DNA of 64,000 nucleotides from Camelus dromedarius (taxonomy: Eukaryota): the NCBI RefSeq assembly GCF_036321535.1, contig NC_087437.1, forward strand, positions 23,314,001 to 23,378,000, given 5' to 3'. The notes below the pieces were generated by a model that saw nothing but the letters and a program-made list of their open reading frames with translations, did not search any database and was not told the origin of the DNA. Positions 26,075-39,010 of this stretch are shown here, one piece after another (position 1 is the first letter of the stretch; each line of letters opens with the position of its first letter). The position numbers were made by a program, and so were the translations under genes.

Positions 26075-27318
26075 AATGATGCTGGAGCAATTGGATTTTC
26101 ATACGTGTAAAAAAGGAGCTCTGACTCCTATTACACACCACATATAAAATTAACTTGATCTGGATTACAGACTAAAACAATGAAGCTTCCAGAGGAAAAT
26201 ATGGAATATACTTGTGAATTCTGGTAGGCAAGATTCCTTTTTGACAGCACAACAAGCACTATGTTTGAAAGAAAAAAAATGTTGGTAAAAAATTTTAAAT
26301 TGACTGTCTTTAAAATTAAAACCCCTCCTCTTTAAAAAAGTCACCCCTGAGGCAATGAAAAGGCAAGCTATGGATTGGAAAGAAATATTAACAAAGATAT
26401 ATTTGACAAAAAGTTTTGATTCAAAGTATAGAAATAAGTCATATAAATCAATATAAGAGCAAATGGCCCAGTTAAAAGTGGGCAAAAACTTGTGTAGAGA
26501 GAGAACAATAGAAAATAAATGAATGGCCAATAAGCACTACATTTCTCAATGTCATTATTGAAATGAGAAATGCAAATTAAAACCACAATATGATAGCATT
26601 TTACACTCACTTGAATGTCTAACATTAAAAGACTGATAAAAGAAAATGTCAGTGAGAATATGCACCAGCTAGTTTTCTTAACCACTGCTGCTAAGAATGA
26701 AAACTTGTACAACTCCTTTGAAAAATTAGATGACAAGCTTTTTTTAATAAACATAAACAGTTAAACATACACCTATCCCATAATATGGCATTCTCCCCCC
26801 GGATGTTCACTTAAGAGAAATGAAAACACATGCCCTTAGAAAAGGCTTGCACATGAATTTTTACCTAAATTGATTCATAATAGCAAATAACCCAAATTAA
26901 CAACAAAAAAATTCAAATTATCCATCAACAAGAGAGTGGATGAAAGTACTGTGGTATATCCAAACAATGGAATACTACTCTGCAATGAAAAGAATATACT
27001 ACTGATATAAGCAAAAACAGACGAATCTCAAAAACTTCTGGTAAGTTAAATGATACAGAAATCATACATACTTTCTGATTTCATTTAATAAATGAAGTTC
27101 AAAACAGACAAAATTAATCTTTAATGACAGAAATGAGAATAGTAGTTGCCTAAACATTGTGTAGTTGGCTGGGATAGGGTACAAGGAAACTTTCTGGAGT
27201 GATAAAAATGATTGAGGTTGTGGTTATCCATATATTTGCATTTATCAAAACTTATTGAATTGTACATTTAAGATCTATTCAGTACACTATTTGTAAATTT
27301 TACCTCAATTGAAAAAAT
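26075..27318 (+). mobile_element. Old L1M (L1MD/ME-like) ORF2 3' part and 3' UTR
   Basis: tgctggagcaattgga…gaaatgcaaattaaaaccacaat…caatggaatactactctgcaatgaaaaga…gtaaattttacctcaattgaaaaaa. Confidence 0.85.
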
Positions 27319-27739
27319 ACTTCCCCATCTTCCCTGAAGTAAAGCTATTTTAAAATAATATGATTTTACCATGAAGATTAGTAGGGAAAAAAATTAATTA
27401 CTTTCATTTCATATAGGAAAAAGTGATTAGTACTAATGAATTCTAGGCATTATAAGTAAAAAGCCAAAAATTGTATAAGATTAGGTATCACAGACATGAT
27501 AAACTTGGAAATTGAAGCAAAAAATAATAAAACAACTTTCAAAATCTATACAGAAGAATCATGGAGAGAAAAACAAGCAAGGTGAATAAATAATGTAAAA
27601 AAAGGGACTAAGTTTAAATATATTAGTATCACAATAATATCACTAGGTCATATTTTCCCATTTAAAAATGTAGACTTAAGACTCTTTGAGTAATGTGAAT
27701 TAAAACAATCATAACTCATTATTTTTTAACCACTATGTA

Positions 27740-28270
27740 CCAAAAATACGAAGATTGATAGTATCCACTACCGAAGAAATAGGCATTCTTCTCACACACT
27801 TTTAGTGGGAGTGTACATTGGAGCAATCTGTTTGGAAAGCAATTTAGCCGGATATATAGAAGTAAGAATTTTACATAGCATTTCACTCAGAACTTATTTT
27901 TTATGAATTTTATATACAAGCATGCAGAGACAGGTGAGCAAAGATCTATGGACACAGGTTGCAAATATTTTTTTTATAATAGTTATAAATTGGAAATTAC
28001 ATAAAGCCAATCAAAATAAACAAATGTGTATGCATATGCACACAAAAACACACACATGCGTGCATGCACACATAACACATACACACGAATATGTAAGAAA
28101 GTAGCAACAAGGATATACACCAAACTATTCATAGTGACTTCTTCCTTAGGGAGTTTGGAGGTTTGGGGCATAAATGGAGATTTTCATATTTTATTCCATA
28201 TGTAGCCAGAATGTTTTCACTATCATGAGAATATATTTCCATTCTTTATATTTATACATTGCTTAAAATA
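27740..28270 (+). mobile_element. Ancient L1ME-like fragment
   Basis: aggcattcttctcacacacttttagtgggagtgtacattggagcaatctgtttggaaagcaatttagc. Confidence 0.6.
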
Positions 28271-29060
28271 GAAGAAAAATAAATGAAGATGGGGATGGGT
28301 GTTTAACAATAGATCACATCTTATTGGAATGTAGCACTGAATCTATGAGATGGGTGTACCCATCCCAGTGTCTAATAAATATTAAAGATTCCACTTCCAT
28401 CCTTTTAAATAATAATAAAAAAAGATAGCTAGGTTAGTGGCTTAAAGCAGTATTGGGTATAAAAAAGTTTCTTTTTTTAATATGATGATGTCACCTCAAT
28501 ATGCTTAGAGCTAAAATTTAGGGGAAGTAGACTTTTCATTTGTAGGAGAGAGGTCCCTGAAGAGCTAAGAAGGAGCATAAAAGCTGTTCTCAAAATTTTA
28601 TGTAAATTTTCAGGATTTTGGCAGGGAATGCTTAGGGCTATCTTTCCAAAACTCATTTCCCAGAATTACACATGCCCAATTTATACTCCAGAACCTAGTA
28701 TTTAAAAGGTATTAGCCATTATAAGCATACTTATTACAAATAAAAGAACTATGCATTCAAGTAAAAAAGATGGCAAAATGAAGAGATTTTCAAAGGTAGA
28801 GAGTATGTTTCTATTTTGTTTTAGAGAAATTATGTGTTGTCATTAAATAGTTACATACTTAAACTCTCATTCTCAGATACTAATTCTTGCTATTCATTTA
28901 AATGTGAATAATTTATTATGTTTCTAAAATTAACCATCAAATCCCTAACAAACTAAATTCAGTAATTAAGTCTAAAATGAAAAGAGATTAGAGACTGGAA
29001 GTACATTTTGCTATTTAATTTTTTTTTTTAATAAAAGTAGTAAGAGTATTAGCTAAAGCA

Positions 29061-29097
29061 ACGCATGTGTGCGCGCGCACGCGCACACACACACACA
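29061..29097. repeat. Alternating purine-pyrimidine (TG/CG/CA) tract
   Basis: acgcatgtgtgcgcgcgcacgcgcacacacacacaca. Confidence 0.85.
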
Positions 29098-29734
29098 GAG
29101 TCTTAAAAGAGGAGTTTAGAACTTGATGGCGACTTACAAGAACTGAACAAATATTTTTCAGTGCCAGCTCTGTGTCAGCCTCCTGGGACCAGGGTTAGCT
29201 CTTTGAACAGGGCTCTCAACCTAGTGAGAGGGAATGACACTAATAAGAATAAACAAAGACAAGTAATATGTCGTGTTGTTATAATTGTTACAAAAGAATA
29301 TAGAACAGAGACAAGGGTGGGAGGGTGGCTGTATCTTACACAGGGCTAGTAGAGATCTGAATGAAATTTGTGAGCAAGACAAGGGACTATTTGGGGCAGG
29401 TGATCCAGGAACTGGGAACAGAAAGTGGAGAGGTCCTGAGTTGAGAATGTGCCTGGGGTGTTGAAAGTACATCAGAGTTCAGTATGGCAGGAGCTCAGTA
29501 AAGAAATTAGATGCCAACCATGCAGGAAATTTTCAGCACTGGTGAGGAATTAGCATTTTATTCCTGTGTGATGTGAAGATATTGGAGGTTTTCTGGACAG
29601 GGGAGTGGGCATGATCCAAAGTACATTTTTAAAATATCACTTTTGCTACTCGGTAGAGAATAGATGTAGTTCAAGAAGTAAGATAAATGGACAAATATTG
29701 CCTAAATGGGAGAGATAATAGATGAGACTAAGAT

Positions 29735-29843
29735 TTGGGGAATCATACACCTTAGTCTCCTGGAGAGAGTCCTGGTTTGTACCTGTTGTCACCACATAAT
29801 TATTAATAGCACTTTCCCTCAAAGATAGTTATACGGTCACCTA
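29735..29843 (-). mobile_element. hAT-Blackjack MITE, MER94-like
   Basis: agtcctggtttgtacctgttgtcaccacataattattaatagcac…ttatacggtcacc. Confidence 0.7.
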
Positions 29844-30048
29844 AGAGGGTGACAGTGACGGTCCTGTGAGGTGGCCAGTGTCTGGGTGTATTTTGAAGGT
29901 AGAGCTAGCAAGACTTTCTAATATATTCCATGTAAGATGCAGAGAGAAAGAAATCAAGAATGATGCCAAGGTTTGGGGGCTGAGAAACAGGATTTAAGTT
30001 GAGAAGTGCTAGCGGAGGAGCCCTTTGGAGAGAAGAAGGTTTTGGTGG

Positions 30049-30856
30049 TGTCTTAGTTTAGAAGCAATTACTGAGACTAGGATTGGTGTGCAAGTAATTT
30101 ACCAAGGAAATGCTTCCAAGAGAGATGGGCAATGGAGTAGAGGAAGCAGGAAAAGGGAACTTAGAAAGTCGAACAAGGCTGCTGGGGCAGGTAAAGTCCC
30201 AGATCCTGCCTGATTCAAAGGGAGCTCTGGAGCAGAAATCACTTCTTAGGGCTTTTCCTGCCTTCAGGCAGTTTGGGGAAGGGTTTCTGGGCTCAAGGGA
30301 GAGGAACATAAAATCCTAGACTTTTCAGGTTCCTGGTGCTTTTAAGCAGGTCTAGTCACCCACGGGCTACCTTTTAAGCAGGTGCTCTGAACTGAATTGT
30401 GTCCCCGCAATTTCACAGGCCGACGCCCCAATCTCTAATGGGATGCTACTTAGAGATGAGGCCTTTGGGAGACAAGGTTAGATGAGTCCATCAGAGTGGG
30501 GCCCTCGTGATGGGATTAGTGGCTTTATTAGAGGAGGAAGAGAAAGAGCTCTCTCTCTCCACTCTGTGAGGACACAGCAAGAAGGCAGCCATCTGCGGCC
30601 AGAAAGAGGGCATTCCCCAGGAAACAAACTGGATGCCACCTTGATCTCAGACTTCCCAGTCTAGAACTATGATAAAATACATTCCTGTTGTTTAAGCCAG
30701 CCAGTCTCCGGTCCTTTGTAATAGCAGCCCAGGTGGACGATGACAGAAGATTATAGGTACAAATCACTAGATTCAAAGCATGTTGAAGCTGGGGGATGAG
30801 GACTCTCTGGAGCTCTGGTGGAGCATTAAGCACAGTGGACTGTAGCATCCCCTACA
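30049..30856 (-). mobile_element. ERVL solo LTR, LTR16-like, split by an MLT1A
   Basis: Starts tgtcttag…ctgagactaggattggtgtgcaag…gggagctctggagc; ends ctgggggatgag…tagcatcccctaca. Confidence 0.7.
30383..30745 (+). mobile_element. MaLR solo LTR, MLT1A-like
   Basis: tgctctgaactgaattgtgtcccc…tgtgaggacacagcaagaaggcagccatctg…ttgatctcagacttcccagtctagaactatgataaata…atagcagccc…tgaca. Confidence 0.85.
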
Positions 30857-32081
30857 GAGCTGAGAGTCCAGAGTTTACCTGAGTAGGTGCCAAGGTATAT
30901 TAGATCAGCAAATCAAATGAGTAGGCGGCCAGATATATGAGAGTGAGGAGAGAGGTCAGGAATAAAGACAGATGTGTTTGAATTAAGTCGGCAGCATTTA
31001 AAGATGGGGCTGGCTGAGATCATCTGGGCAGTGAGTGTAGGTAGAGAAGAGAAGTGCAGTGCTGTGCTAGGCACTGAGCGAGCCCAGAGGAAGGAGGACA
31101 TGCCAACCTTGCCCTTGAGCGATGTAGAGCTTATTTGAGAATTAGGAATAGGCCAAGACAGTATGGCTTTCAAGGGGTGATGTCTGTGATGGATCTTCAT
31201 AGTGGTGTTAATTTGTTTTTGACTATTTTATCTTATGTCTTTATCCATTTCTACATCTCTGCCCTCTGCCCCTTTGTGTGGGAAAAGGTATTCTCAGCAT
31301 CTTTTTCTTCTCCCCTTAATTAAGAACTGTCATCAAAATCACATCAATGTTGAAGACAGGTAGTTTTAGGTCAAAGATATGCAAATATTTGGTGCTGTGA
31401 TATGTTTGAGAATCTCTCAGGTTCTTGAATTACCTCAAGTTAGCTATAAAATTCTCATAGGAAATAAATTTGAATGATTCTAAATAAAATAAACAAAACC
31501 CAGAACAGCGGATCCCATGCCTTTGAAGGCAGGGTAGTGGTTACTAAATAAAATAAATACATGTTAAGTGGGTCAGAGGAGTTGGAATTTTCTGTTGAAG
31601 GGATTGACTTTGTTTATTCTTTTAGTGCCATTCCCTCTCACTAGCTGAGAGTCTAGTTCAAAGGCCTGTCCCTGGTCCCAATCTCCACCCGCTTTCTTTT
31701 TATGTTTATATTACTGTAACTCTTGGCTTTGAAGGAAGCAAAACAGGCTCTTCAGGCCAACTTCTAAAGCGCATACCACCCCCATGAAGAGTCAGCTAAC
31801 CTTTGCTTGAATACTAGTTGTAGGAAACTCAGAACTTCCTGAAGCCACACTTTCTTATAGGAGACACTGATGTCTCCCTTCTTTGTCCAATCTTCCTTAC
31901 ATGAGTGGACTGTAGAGCCAGTCCTTTGATATTAAACTATTAAATTCTATTAAATATTGTTATTTTGTTAAATTAAATGTTATACTAATAAAACTGCTTT
32001 TCATTTTTCCTTTTGCCTTTCCTTCTTCATCAGCACAGTCACTCAGACAGTGGCCAGAGGGTATAGGGGAGTAGGAGCTAG

Positions 32082-32315
32082 TAATATTAGCTAATTTCTG
32101 TGACCCAATTCTAGCACTTCGCATGTAGGTACGATGTGAATCCTCCTCACAATAACTATCAGCTTGGTGTTATTATTATACCCACTCTAGAAATGAGGTA
32201 GACAGTTGCCAAGAAACTAGCCCAAGGTCATTGAGTTAGTAGGTGGTGGAGCCAGAATTCAAACCCCAGCAGTCTGGACCTAGAGGCCAAGTTCGTAACC
32301 ACCATGATACACTGA
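32082..32315 (-). mobile_element. MIR (MIRb-like) SINE
   Basis: gcccaaggtcattgagttagtaggtggtggagccagaattcaaaccccagcagtctgg. Confidence 0.85.
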
Positions 32316-34689
32316 CCTCTAAGCAAGGCACTAGTGCTGTGTTTGAAAACTTGCTCCCCACCCTTGTTCAATTAAGGCCCCATAGCACAACTTACCTCAC
32401 AATAGCCAAGGCCACTTGTGCTGGTCATTTTTGTGCTTGGTTTCAAAAGGGCTCAAGCCATTGCCTCTCAGAACACAGGAAATTTATGAAGCAGCTTACA
32501 GTCTCCATGCTAGAAACTGATGAAATTCTATTAATCTCCCCTCCACTAATTTGATTTGGTGTGTTCCTTTCACGGAAGACACCAGCTCATCGTAAATCTG
32601 ACAGGCCTTGTGCTCACGCTGCATTGCTTTTATTATTATTGTATTACAGGGTTTCAGTAACTCGGATTTAGGATTACAGACATAACTGCCAAAAAAATTT
32701 ACAGCAGGCTGCCATCCCCACATTTTTATGGCTTGGCTTGTTGCACAGTTTCTTTTAAAAGTCTTAACACTTATCCCTTGACTTCAGTTTAAAAATACAA
32801 TTTGTGCTTTTTCTAGCTATAAGAACTGTTGGGATTCTGAGTTAACTAAAGCAATTCTTGGCTCTTTGCATTTTTGTATCTTCAGCATGAATTTTGGAAA
32901 TAATAGGGATATCTCCTAGGTTAGTCAATAGCAATTAGGCATTACTTCTAATTTGCTGGCATTTTAATATTACATATTTAAAAATTCACTTTGAGGATAT
33001 GCAATGTCACCTCAAATAAAGCTCAAGTGTAATCTGAACCCTTGTAATGTGACTCTTAATTAGTTTTGAGAAGAGGCAAAGCTTGTTCATTATTATGCTG
33101 AGGAGGACATCTAATGTTTTAAAAGGACAAAGATAATTATTAATTATATGCTTAGAATTTTATTTTTAGGCAAGAAGTATGAGATATAAGGTAATTATCT
33201 GAATTAATTAATTTTCAAATTATTAATGATGGAAATAACTATGCTCTATTCATATGCCACTCAGAATAATAAGTGGTTTATTTGTATTATCTCATTAAAA
33301 TGTGTCAACAATCTTATAATTGAATGTTTTAAAGCAATACAAAATACAGTGTATTGTCTTAGACTTCCCAGAACACAAACAAATTGCACTATATCATGCA
33401 TTAAATTCTTACATACCATAGGGTTCACTCTGATAATATTTTGCTCCTGGATCTGATAATATTTTGTTCCTTTCTGCTCTAGTAGTCTTGTGCCAGGAAC
33501 CCCTGAATAAACTTGTGGAGGCAGGAAGAGAGAGTTTCTCTATATTTTCCATGGGACAATACTTACATTGGTGAATATTTGAGCACCACCTCTGGGCATT
33601 CTTGAAACATTCCAGCACAGATGAGCAAAGGTGTGCCTGTAGGTTCTGTCTACTTCTGCACTAACTAAGCTACTTCACCCTCATAAGATTATTTATTTAA
33701 TTTTGATAAGAAAATAGAACATGAATATGGAATGAAAATACTGGAGTGCTTTTTTAGAATTTTTTCCCCCATGCTTGCTAGTGTTAGAACTTTCTTTAGG
33801 TAGGCCTCTTTGCTACCTCTTTAAGGCAGGAGGATGCTGGAGGAATCTCTCAGTCTCTGTTTGGACCTCTGCAAGGATGCAGAGACTTCATGAGCAGGGC
33901 ACGGAGAAGCCAGCATGGGGCATACTTAATGCAGACTTTAATAGAAAAATCAAAGGGCTTTAATGAAAAACACTTCTGATGAATGTTAATCTTTTAAAGA
34001 ACTTTTTGCTCACTTTTCTCAGTGAGTTATAAAAAGAAAGAAAGAAATCAAAGGAATCCAGGATGGTCAGAAAGTTGGGCTATATTAGATACCAAGTGAA
34101 GATGTTTACTAGTTAATGAGACATAGAAGTCTTGGGTTAGGAGAGGAGTCAGGGCTGGTGGCTAGTTAAATACATAGATATAGATACAGATATAATTTTG
34201 GACTCTGCATAGAATATATTTATTTGGATATATATAGCCCCAGGGCTGAAAGTATACATTCTCATGCTTGTATAACTGGTTATATCTGGAGGATTTGGAT
34301 TTGGGGCTTGGTTAACCAGGGCTTTAGCTTTTTCTATGTTTGAACCTTTTCAATTGAGAGTGTATTCATGAATGCTATATGACATTAAAAACTAACACAG
34401 TTTTAGAAAGAAGAAAATATGCTAAGTCAGCCATGCTTGGGCCAGGCTCTGATGAAATAAAGTGCTGCAGTCTGTCAGTGGGAGAGAACGTGATCCATTC
34501 TCTTCAAATCAGATAGAGCTGGCTAACCATGACCACTTTCTTGACTTCCCTCTGCCTCTAACTTCTTACCACCTTATAAATATTTTAAATATTTACTCCT
34601 TTTTAAAGAAATGACCGATATTCCTACCTTTGTGATGCCTTATCCTGTGACTCTTCTCCCAAGATAAAGACTACTGCACCCCCTTTACT

Positions 34690-35143
34690 GATTATCTGCT
34701 ATTCCTCCTCTTCTCTGTGTCGCTCACCTAGGCTCCCTGACTCACTGACTTCCCACTGTATTTGGCAGCTGGGGACTGTACACAGGAGATTAGAGGGTGG
34801 AGGAACAGAAACTTTGTGGCAGTCCTTCCCTTGACCTCTCCCTTCCTCCGCTGCACCTCTCACTGTGGCCACGTGCCACCCCAATGGCAGGTCCAGTGGA
34901 ACAGGGGAAGGGGATGGGGACCCTCCTCTGTGGCTTCTGCTCTCCCTTCTACTTCGTTTGCCAACACTATTTCTTCCCCATACTCAGACCCGGATCTGGT
35001 GACAGCTTGCTGGTGTTGCTAGTTTCTGGTTACCTCAACATCCCTCATCAGTTCCTTAAACCTGCCCTAGCTTCTCTTCATTCAAGTCTCTGTTAAACTT
35101 TCAGAGTAGACCGAAATGTCTTGAGAGGACTTTGATCAGTACA
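34690..35143 (+). mobile_element. ERVL solo LTR, LTR33/LTR41-like
   Basis: caggagattagagggtggagga; tgttgctagtttctggttacctcaacatccctcatcagttccttaaacctgccc; ends ggactttgatcagtaca. Confidence 0.6.
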
Positions 35144-35642
35144 CTGTTCTGAGTTTCATGTAGGCTTCCACCACAACATCTGTCAATGCGGTCATCTTTG
35201 AAATTTTTTTTCCCACAGAAAGACCCATGAACTTTATTTCCTGTTACCTTTAAAATATATACAGATTGTCATCATTTCTTGCTACCTCTATGGCTTCCAC
35301 TCTAGAGCAAACTGGTTATCTCCTGCTTGCATGACTACAATTCCTCCTAACTTTCTTCTTTCTCGCTCCTAATAGCTAAGTTAGTCTATGCTTATTTTAT
35401 TTTATTTTTTTCTCTCCCTACACCATAATGTAAATTCTATGAAAGCAAAGATGTTTTGCATTTTGATCACTAATTTTCCAGTAAGTCTGTTTTTACCCAT
35501 CTCAGAATTTAGTAATACATACACCAATGGAGATATTTTTAAGTGCTACAAACATGATGTTAGAGAACAGGGATATTGGCTATGTATCTTCTTTTTAATT
35601 TTTAAAATTTGAATAAATAATTTACATGTTTTATTCAGACAC

Positions 35643-35644
<2 letters not shown>

Positions 35645-35680
<36 letters not shown>

Positions 35681-35704
35681 AGAGAGAGAGAGAGAGAGAG
35701 AGTG
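35645..35704. repeat. Compound (TG)n(AG)n microsatellite
   Basis: Directly visible. Confidence 0.95.
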
Positions 35705-36646
35705 GGTCTTTGTGGACAGATAATCAGTTACATATATTTTCCCCAAATCAAAGTAAACTAACATGAATCAACATGATTTCTGCCAACAACTCAAAAAATT
35801 CCATTATCATGAGAAAATCATATCCATTAATTTATAAATGGAGACAATGAGAGGGGCTGATTGCATAGTTATTTTATGAATATTGTATGCCTTTAGAAGC
35901 ACCTAAAATATTAAATTAGTTTGTAATTATCTTTTACCCTTGCCACATTAAACTCAGATCATCTATTTAAGGCTTCTCGTACAATACTTATTATTTAGCT
36001 TGGTATATGTGTTTACTGCTAAACATTGCTGGATGTTTACTTACTTTTTATTTCATTTTTAAAAACTAATATGAACCTAATTTTGGATGTAACAGTATTA
36101 TGTGCATCTAAAAATACTTTTCCACAAGCTAAGGATGGCCAAATAACCCTGTTCTGAGAAGTGAAATGCCTAGGATACTCAGATTCTGGGTGAGTTTCTG
36201 GAAAACTTATTATTTTTTCTGGGGGGAAAAGAGACAAACTCAGCTAATACACACTTTGTAGCTTTTGCATTCTTGTCTGAAATGAGAGTACCTGGAGTTG
36301 CAGCATTGAATACTTGGTTTTTGCTCTCCTCTTCTCTCCCTCACCCCTAAGAAACTACTGTCAATCACCTGATGCATTATTCTGAATGCTGCTTTATCCT
36401 CATTATGTCTTGGAAATATTTATAGACACACATGTCATTAATTGTTTTGTATATTGAATTTTTATATCTATTACTTTTTTTTATACTTAGCAAGGATCAT
36501 GAAATCTCTCTAAATCAGATAAAAAAATAACTCATTCTTTTTCATTGCAGCATAATGATCCATGGTATGGACAGATGTCAAATAATACAATTACTCCATC
36601 ATTGGAAGACATTCCACTGGTTTAGTATTTTCTTCTCCCCTGATAT

Positions 36647-39010
36647 TTTTAATTAGATTTTCTATGAAAATATGATATGCAGTTATAAAAAATAATACAA
36701 AGAGATCTTATGTATACTTTATCCAGTTTCCCCAATGATAATATTTTCTAAAACTATACTATAATATCAGAGTCAGGATATTGATGTTGATACAAAATCT
36801 GATCTTATTCAGATGTCTCTGGTTTTACTTGTAGTCATTTGCATATGTGTGTGTTTAGTTTTAGAAAATTTTGTCACACGTTATGGGTTTGTGTACCCAC
36901 CAGCACCAAAGTCAAGATATAGAACAGTTCCATCCCTACAAGGATCCCTCTTCTTGTCATCTTCTAACCACACCCACCTCCCCCCCATGCTTGTCCCCTT
37001 CTCTAAAACCTTGGAAAGCACTAGTCTCTGTCCTCAATTTCTAAAGTTGTACCCTTTCAAAATGTATAAATGGAATTAAATAGCATGTAACTTTTGAGGA
37101 TTAGCTGTTTTCCCTCAGCATAATTGGATGGAAATTCGTCCCAGTGGTTACATGTATCAACAGTCCATTCCTTTTAATTACTGAAGAGTATTTCATGGTA
37201 TGCATTTTGCCATCTGTTGAAGGACATCTGGGTTGATTCTAGTTTTTGGCTATGTAAAATACAGCTGCTATGAACATTTGTGTTCAAGTTTTTGTGTTAA
37301 CATGAGTTTTCATTTCTTTGGATAAATACCCAGGAATAAATAAACTTTCTGCGTCATAGGATAACTTGCGTATTGAGGTTTATGAGAAACTGCCAAAATG
37401 TTTTCTGAAGTGTCTGTTCCGTTTTACACTCCCACCAATAGTGTGTGAGTGTTCCAGTTTTTTTACATAGTCATCAGCATTTGATGTTGTCATTATTTTT
37501 TATTTTAACTGTCCTGAGAGGTGTATAGTGATATCTCATTGTGGTTTTAATACATATTTCCCTAATGACGAAAAATGTGGAACATTTTTTAAAGTGCTTA
37601 TTTGCCATTTGTATGTTATATGAAATGAACAGTGCCTTTTGCCCATTTTCTAACTGGATAGTTTGTCCTTTTATGTTGAGCTTTGACAGATCTTTACATA
37701 TGATCAATACTAGTCTTTTGTCCTATTGTGATGTAGCATTTCAGACTGCCACAACAAAATACCATAGACTGGGTGGGTGGCTTAAACAGTAATTTGTTTC
37801 TCATAGTTCTGGAGGCTAAAAGGATCAAGGTACCAAGATCAAAGTGCTAGCAGGGAGTCTGATAAGAGTCTTCCTCTTAGGCTGAAGACTGCTAACTTCT
37901 CCCTGTGTCTCATATGGTGAGAGACAGTGAACTCTCTTGTATCTCTTCTCATAAGGATACTAACCCTATTGAATGAGGGTTCTAATTTTATGACCTCATT
38001 TAACCTTAAATAATTCCTTAGAGGCCCCATTTCCAAATACAACTATACTGGGGGTTGGGGCTTCAACATGCATATTTGAGGGGACACAACATTCCATCTA
38101 TAACATGTGGCTTGTAAATATTTTCCCCTAGTATGTAGCTTGTCTTTACATCCTCTTAACTGGGTCTTTCACAGACCAAACATTTTAATTTTGATGAAGT
38201 CAAATTTATCAAATTGTCTTAATATGAATTTTTTTTTTAGTAATGTCTAGGAACATTTTGCTTAGCTCTAGATCTTGACAATTTCTTTTAACAGTTTTAT
38301 ATAGTTTCATATTTTACATTTAAGTCTATTGTCTATTTTTAATCAAACTTTGTATACGGTATGGGCAAGTTAAAGTTCATTTTCTTTGCCTAAGGATAGC
38401 CAGTGTTCCAACATCATTTGTTGGAAAGGTTTCTTCCACTGAATTGCGTTTGCATATTTGTTAAAAATTAGTTAAGCATATACATGTGGGCCTATTTCTA
38501 TGTTCTCTATTCTGTTCATTGATCTATTTATCTCTCCTTTCACACAATCCTTATTTCTGTAGGTAATAGTAAGTCTTAAAATCAGATAAATTGATTACTA
38601 CTCTTTTATTCTTCTTTCTCAAAATTGTTTAGCTATTCTAACTTAAAGCTTTAATTGTTCCTTTGTCTTCCCATATAACTTTCAGAAAATCTTATCTGTA
38701 TCTTCAAAATAAATCTTGCTGAAATTTTGATAGGAATTGTGTTAAAAGTATATAGATCAATTGACATTTTAAATCTTCTAATATAGGAACTTGGCATTAG
38801 GTAATTTTTGATTTCTTGCATCAGCATTTTGTAATTTTCAGCATGTTATTACCTGTATATATGTTATTAACTGCACGCTTAAATATCTCATTTTCGTTGG
38901 AGCTGTTATAAGTTATATTGGGTTTCATTTTGGTTTCTGCATGGTAATTGTTAGCACATAAAAATACAATTGATTTTTTGTGTTTCTTGAAGATATTTTG
39001 CTTGAAAATA
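36647..39010 (-). mobile_element. Old L1MC-like element (3' UTR and ORF2), interrupted by an MLT1A
   Basis: gcagttataaaaaataatacaaagagatc…aggatattgatgttgataca; atctcattgtggttttaat; minus ORF 37474-37707 contains KTTMRYHYTPLR. Confidence 0.85.
37732..38105 (-). mobile_element. MaLR solo LTR, MLT1A-like, nested in L1MC
   Basis: ctgccacaacaaaataccatagactgggtgg…ccccatttccaaatac…gggacacaacattccatctataaca; 5-bp TSD tgtga (37727-37731) / tgtgg (38106-38110). Confidence 0.85.

Larger units (their letters stand above)
29140..31170 (-). mobile_element. L2 element hosting nested insertions
   Basis: gaacaaatatttttcagtgccagctctgtgtcag start; ttttgaaggtagagctagcaagac…aatgatgccaaggtttgggggctgag; resumes ~30870 with ggagagaggtcagg…gctgagatcatctggg. 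Confidence 0.75.
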
